Shown here: piece after piece, positions 59,928-64,000 of the stretch
How the letters are laid out: every line of letters begins with the position of its first letter
How positions within the stretch are numbered: the stretch's first letter is position 1
Origin: an uncultured bacterium
Lineage (GTDB): Bacteria > Patescibacteriota > Minisyncoccia > UBA6257 > 2-01-FULL-56-20
Assembly (NCBI GenBank): GCA_963718575.1
Contig: OY970358.1
Coordinates: forward strand, 386,172-450,171
Direction of reading: 5' to 3'
Length of the DNA stretch: 64,000 nt
Position numbers and translations under genes: made by a program
Notes under the pieces: model-generated
Told to the model about the DNA's origin: nothing
Seen by the model: only the letters and a program-made list of their open reading frames with translations
The model's database searches: none

Positions 59928-60818
59928 ATGGCGCAAAAGATAGTCGCTTCAATTCTCTCTTGGAATCCAGATATAGAAGTATTACGAAGGTCGTTAAAGG
60001 CATTGCGCCCACAGGTCAACCACGTCATCATCTGTGACAACGGGTCGAGTCCGGAACTTCAGGACGAACTTAAAAAACTCGGCAAGGAATTTGAAGGATT
60101 TATCACATTCGTATGGAACGGGAAGAATCTTGGAAATGCCGGGGGTTTGAACGTTGGGGTTCAGGCCGCCCTAGATACAGGGGCGGCCTGGGTGATGCCA
60201 ATCGACGATGACAGCGTTGCATCACAAGATATGGTTGCAAAAATGCTTGAAGCATATAATGCCCTTTCCCCAGAGGACCAAAAAAGGGTCGGGCGCGTCA
60301 TGCCAAACTACACTACGGTAAAAGGAATGATGTTTGAGGGTAAACCATTCATTACCGACGGAGCGTTGAGTTCAGGCGAGATAGTGAAGGCCGAAGTCTA
60401 TCAAAAGATCGGATTCTACAAGGAGGAGCTTTTTATTGACTTTGTTGACAGCGAGTTTTCTCATCGAGCATATCGCGCAAGAATATATTCCCTGATAGTA
60501 CCAGCTGCGATTCTTTACCATACACTTGGGGAACCATCACTACGAAAGTTCCTTTGGTTGACCGCCGCGGTAACAAACTATCCTCCCTATCGATACTATT
60601 ATATTTCCAGAAATGGGGTATATCTCTACACACGCTATTTTGATGATTTCTTTATAAAGAGCAACAGCAAAATGAGCGCAGTGTGGCTATTCATCATTCC
60701 CCGCTATTTTATTAAAGCAATGTTGTTCGAGGATCAGAAAATGGAGAAGGTTCGGATGGTTCTGAAGGGAACATGGGATGGTCTTCGCGGTAATATGGGA
60801 AAGTTACAGACAAGATGA
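59928..60818 (+). CDS. GT2 rhamnosyltransferase-like protein
   Basis: CDNGS, NLGNAGGLN.G, DDDS, FIDFVD.E, RYYYISRN. Confidence 0.85.
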   Translation: MAQKIVASILSWNPDIEVLRRSLKALRPQVNHVIICDNGSSPELQDELKKLGKEFEGFITFVWNGKNLGNAGGLNVGVQAALDTGAAWVMPIDDDSVASQDMVAKMLEAYNALSPEDQKRVGRVMPNYTTVKGMMFEGKPFITDGALSSGEIVKAEVYQKIGFYKEELFIDFVDSEFSHRAYRARIYSLIVPAAILYHTLGEPSLRKFLWLTAAVTNYPPYRYYYISRNGVYLYTRYFDDFFIKSNSKMSAVWLFIIPRYFIKAMLFEDQKMEKVRMVLKGTWDGLRGNMGKLQTR

Positions 60819-61285
60819 ACTCACGAAACCATCCGCTGTCATATGAAGAATTCAAACAGATATATTCCCGGGTTCCAAGGGTAAGTGTTGATCTCGTTAT
60901 CCAGACTCCGCAGGGTATCGTGCTTACCCTCCGCAATCTTCCTTCATGGAATAATCTCTGGCATTTTCCCGGCAGCACCGTTCTTTATCAAGAAAGCGTG
61001 GAGGATGCCGTAAAGCGGACGGCCCGCGAGGAGGCGGGAATATCAATCAATATTAAAAAACTTTTGGGGTATCTTGAATATCCAAGTGAAAAAGAACAGC
61101 GAGGGTTCGGCTCCACTATAAGCTTGTTATTTCTTTGCGAGCTGGTAGAAGGGATACTCACGCCGGACGACGAAGCATCGCAAATAGGTACCTTTTCCAA
61201 TATAGCGAAGCTTCCTTTGAATATTGTGATGGAACATCGACCCATTATTGAGAAAATCCTCAAGGGCGACGAGTTATCTCTATAA
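60815..61285 (+). CDS. NUDIX hydrolase (GDP-sugar hydrolase-like)
   Basis: P.VSVDLVI, WHFPGS.V..QESVEDAVKR.AREEAG. Confidence 0.82.
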   Translation: MNSRNHPLSYEEFKQIYSRVPRVSVDLVIQTPQGIVLTLRNLPSWNNLWHFPGSTVLYQESVEDAVKRTAREEAGISINIKKLLGYLEYPSEKEQRGFGSTISLLFLCELVEGILTPDDEASQIGTFSNIAKLPLNIVMEHRPIIEKILKGDELSL

Positions 61286-61290
61286 AAACT

Positions 61291-62196
61291 TCATATCCCG
61301 ATCCATCCATCCGGCAAAAGATCTCCTGCACCCGCCGGATCGTTATTGGTCCATTTTTTTGGGGCAACAACTACTTTGTCTTTGTGAGTGGCAAGCCACG
61401 CTCCCCACCATGCAAACGAGCTGTTTGGGATGATGAAGTGCTTGCACAAACTCATCAAGTGCAGTGCGTCGCGGAATTCGACGCCATAGTATTCGTCACC
61501 GATAAAAATATGCTTACCGTCGATCTTCATGTTCTCACGACACCACTCGATCTCGTCTGAGATCACATAGAACACCGCGCCATCCCCCGCTTTTTTTTTC
61601 ATGAGCGCGACCGCCGCCTCATAGAAGGCTGGGGTGACCACATTATGAACCGCGCCGATCACCGGATCGCGGACGATCTCCTGTCGCCGCACGTTGAGGC
61701 ATACCGCATTCGTTCCCTTTATCCGTTCCGCAAGTGCGACTTTTTCCCCATCCAACGGATTGCGGAAAGAAAAATCGCTGCGGATATCCCGCTCGAAATC
61801 CTTGAAATATTTTTCCGTCTGCCAATCGCCGTCAAGGTAGATATTCCCTTGGGCGCTCGCGACTGCAGGCTCAAAAAGATACGAGTGTTTTTCTTTTATA
61901 TAGCGCCAGTATCCCGCCTTTCCCAGCGCACGCGGATAATATTTATTGAACACTTTTGCAAAGTACGGAATGCTAAGCTTGCTTTCTATCATTGCGGGAA
62001 GATTGAACGTCGGATCAATCGCGAAAACAGTGCTCAGCGCATAATTCCTGAATGTGTAATGCTTCCACGGCGTGCGGTCAAAAACGGGGGCCGGATCGAT
62101 CCGCAACCCGTCACCATTCCGTAAAGAAAGCGCGCGCGCCATCGCATACTGGAACATCTGATTGCCAAGCCCTCCGTGAATTTTAACCGTTATCAT
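61291..62196 (-). CDS. GT11 alpha-1,2-fucosyltransferase-like protein
   Basis: GGLGNQMFQYA, G.WQ.EKYF, ISDEIEWC, NSSFAWWGAWL. Confidence 0.9.
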   Translation of the reverse strand: MITVKIHGGLGNQMFQYAMARALSLRNGDGLRIDPAPVFDRTPWKHYTFRNYALSTVFAIDPTFNLPAMIESKLSIPYFAKVFNKYYPRALGKAGYWRYIKEKHSYLFEPAVASAQGNIYLDGDWQTEKYFKDFERDIRSDFSFRNPLDGEKVALAERIKGTNAVCLNVRRQEIVRDPVIGAVHNVVTPAFYEAAVALMKKKAGDGAVFYVISDEIEWCRENMKIDGKHIFIGDEYYGVEFRDALHLMSLCKHFIIPNSSFAWWGAWLATHKDKVVVAPKKWTNNDPAGAGDLLPDGWIGI

Positions 62197-62212
62197 AAAA
62201 ATGGATGATGGC

Positions 62213-63445
62213 TCAGACCACGCGCACCACAGGTGCCGGGATAATGAATTTCACGCCTTTTTGCCGGAGTGCTTCTTCCTTCTTTAATATCGCATCGGCA
62301 TAGTTCCATGCAAGCAGCAATACATCATCAGGCGGATCTTGAAGAAGTCTCTCTGGTGAAACGATCGGAATATGCATGCCGGGAGAATACATTCCCTGTT
62401 TAAGCGGTGTCGTGTCGGTAATAAATTTCAGAACATCGGGGCCTATCTCGAAATAGTTCAAAAGCGTATTCCCTTTTGCCGGTGCGCCATATCCGGCGAT
62501 CTTCTTGCCTTGCGCCTTAAGACTCCGCAAGAGCTCCGACAACTCTTTTTTATTCTTTGCCACTTTTTCCGAAAATGCCAGGAATGCGGCTTCGGTGGTA
62601 AGCCCCATTTTTTCTTCCCGTTTTAAAAACTCCTTTGCACGGTCGGTTAAGGGACGATTCCTTGAAATATACACCCGCATGGATTCTCCGTGTATGGGAA
62701 GGATCTCGATATCGAATGTCTCAAGTCCAAGCGGTTGGATAAGCGTCCGGAGGGCGTGGAGCGAATAATAGAAAAGATGCTCGTGATAGATCTGATCGAA
62801 TCCTCCGCCGCCGATCAGGTTGCCGACCCAGTGCACTTCCATCACAAAAACCCCGTCTTCGCCGATGAGCGTGTGCACCCCCCTGAACACATCCTTGATC
62901 GTCGGGATGTGCGCCATGACGTTATTGGCCACCGCAACCTTTGCAGTGCCATATTTTTTAACGATCTCCATTGCAATGTCTGATCCAAAGAACGCATTGA
63001 GCGTCGGAACGCCTTTTGCCTCCGAGAGTTTTGCCACATTTGTCGCCGGATCCACATTCAAAACGCGACACATATCTTTTGCGGCATTGAGCAATACCGC
63101 ATCATTGCCCCCGATCTCAACCATAAGCTCATCCTTATTTCTGATAAATTGCTGAATAAGCTCGTGCGCCATTTCCTCGAAATGTTTTATGAGCGGCGCG
63201 CTCGCTGATGTAAGATAGTCGTAATCCCTGAAAAGGATCGCGGGATCGACTTCGTCGAGCAATTGTACGAGGCCGCAGGAGCGGCAAAAATACACGACGA
63301 GCGGCGCTTTTATCTCCGGCCGGTCAAGCTCTTCCTTCTTTAGAAACGCATTCGCGAGCGCCATCGTACCAAGATCCAGAATCTTCACAAGATCCCTGCC
63401 CCCGCAACTGTGACATTCCTTTTTGTGCGTATAAAAATTATTCAT
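62213..63445 (-). CDS. NDP-hexose C-methyltransferase
   Basis: CHSCG..LDLG, CRSCGLVQL, EIGGND, FDQIYHEH, YGAPAKGNTLLNY, LAWNY. Confidence 0.9.
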   Translation of the reverse strand: MNNFYTHKKECHSCGGRDLVKILDLGTMALANAFLKKEELDRPEIKAPLVVYFCRSCGLVQLLDEVDPAILFRDYDYLTSASAPLIKHFEEMAHELIQQFIRNKDELMVEIGGNDAVLLNAAKDMCRVLNVDPATNVAKLSEAKGVPTLNAFFGSDIAMEIVKKYGTAKVAVANNVMAHIPTIKDVFRGVHTLIGEDGVFVMEVHWVGNLIGGGGFDQIYHEHLFYYSLHALRTLIQPLGLETFDIEILPIHGESMRVYISRNRPLTDRAKEFLKREEKMGLTTEAAFLAFSEKVAKNKKELSELLRSLKAQGKKIAGYGAPAKGNTLLNYFEIGPDVLKFITDTTPLKQGMYSPGMHIPIVSPERLLQDPPDDVLLLAWNYADAILKKEEALRQKGVKFIIPAPVVRVV

Positions 63446-63560
63446 GTAATAAAGGATAGCCTAAATTTCCATTCGTGCATACTGACCGCGTTTATTCCCG
63501 GGCGCGCCTATGGGAAAAAACGCGGCACAACCCCGCTGGGAAGCGATTTATAACGACCCA

Positions 63561-64000
63561 TCACCATTCTTTTGTTAAATATTCCTTAAGCGCCCGTTGC
63601 CATGGCCGCATTAAACCAATACGCGACGAAAGGCTTTGATTTTTTGTAATCTCCATGGATAAATCAAACGAAGATGACATTGCGCTTTCGACAGGAATTG
63701 TCGATGCAAGGGTCTCCGCAATGTATTTTGCGACTTCGTAACGGGACGCCACGCCTTCGTTCGCGATGTGCACGATACCTTTTTCATCACCCAATAATAA
63801 CTTTTTCAACGAGGCCATGATATCTTTCCCGTACGTTGGCATGCCGATCTCGTCGCTTGTTCCTTTAAGCACTTTTGTTTGAGGATCCCGCAATTTCCCC
63901 ACAATTTTGCCGACGAATTTTTTATCATTTTCCGCGCCGCCGCCAAAGACCCAGCAGGTACGAACGATGACATAATTTTCAAGCAATCCGCTTACCGCAA
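63561..64000 (-). CDS. RmlD-like (dTDP-4-dehydrorhamnose reductase family) protein, C-terminal part; truncated by the window edge
   Basis: IVRTCWVFG, D..G.PTY..D, HIANEG.ASRYE.A, MRPWQ.AL. Confidence 0.82.
   Translation of the reverse strand, partial: AVSGLLENYVIVRTCWVFGGGAENDKKFVGKIVGKLRDPQTKVLKGTSDEIGMPTYGKDIMASLKKLLLGDEKGIVHIANEGVASRYEVAKYIAETLASTIPVESAMSSSFDLSMEITKNQSLSSRIGLMRPWQRALKEYLTKEW

Overview
Bacterial chromosomal window, most likely from a Patescibacteria/CPR (Parcubacteria-like) genome. That assignment is inferred from the gene repertoire and compact layout, not proven. The standout is a complete diversity-generating retroelement (DGR) at ~3.3-6.1 kb. It has a reverse transcriptase (3330-4355, -), an Avd accessory gene (4365-4766, +), a 133-bp template repeat (TR, 4778-4910) and a target gene (5299-5931, -). 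The target's C-terminal variable repeat (VR, 5309-5441) differs from TR at 16 positions, all of them TR adenines. The architecture is non-canonical: avd is inverted and sits between TR and RT, a hairpin-rich ~270-nt non-coding region precedes TR, the target has a perfect sigma70 promoter followed by a boxA-like motif, and a (TC)21 microsatellite follows the RT. Left of the DGR is a phage-like module (HTH/terminase-small-like gene plus two DNA methyltransferases). To the right are a PAS-ECF sigma-PAS / ice-binding (DUF3494) / LPxTG / class F sortase locus, housekeeping genes (dus, mscL, rpsR, nusG, secE, gyrB, engB, htpX, lemA, groESL with CIRCE, trxB), an odd tRNA-like gene with alanine identity elements, tRNA-Ser(GGA), an ApbE/FMN-binding/RnfD-FNR flavinylation cluster, and a ~20-kb surface-polysaccharide cluster with GDP-heptose pathway genes. 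Several single-base frameshifts (gyrB, trxB, one surface protein) suggest assembly indel errors. All family calls come from recognising motifs by eye; no searches were run.
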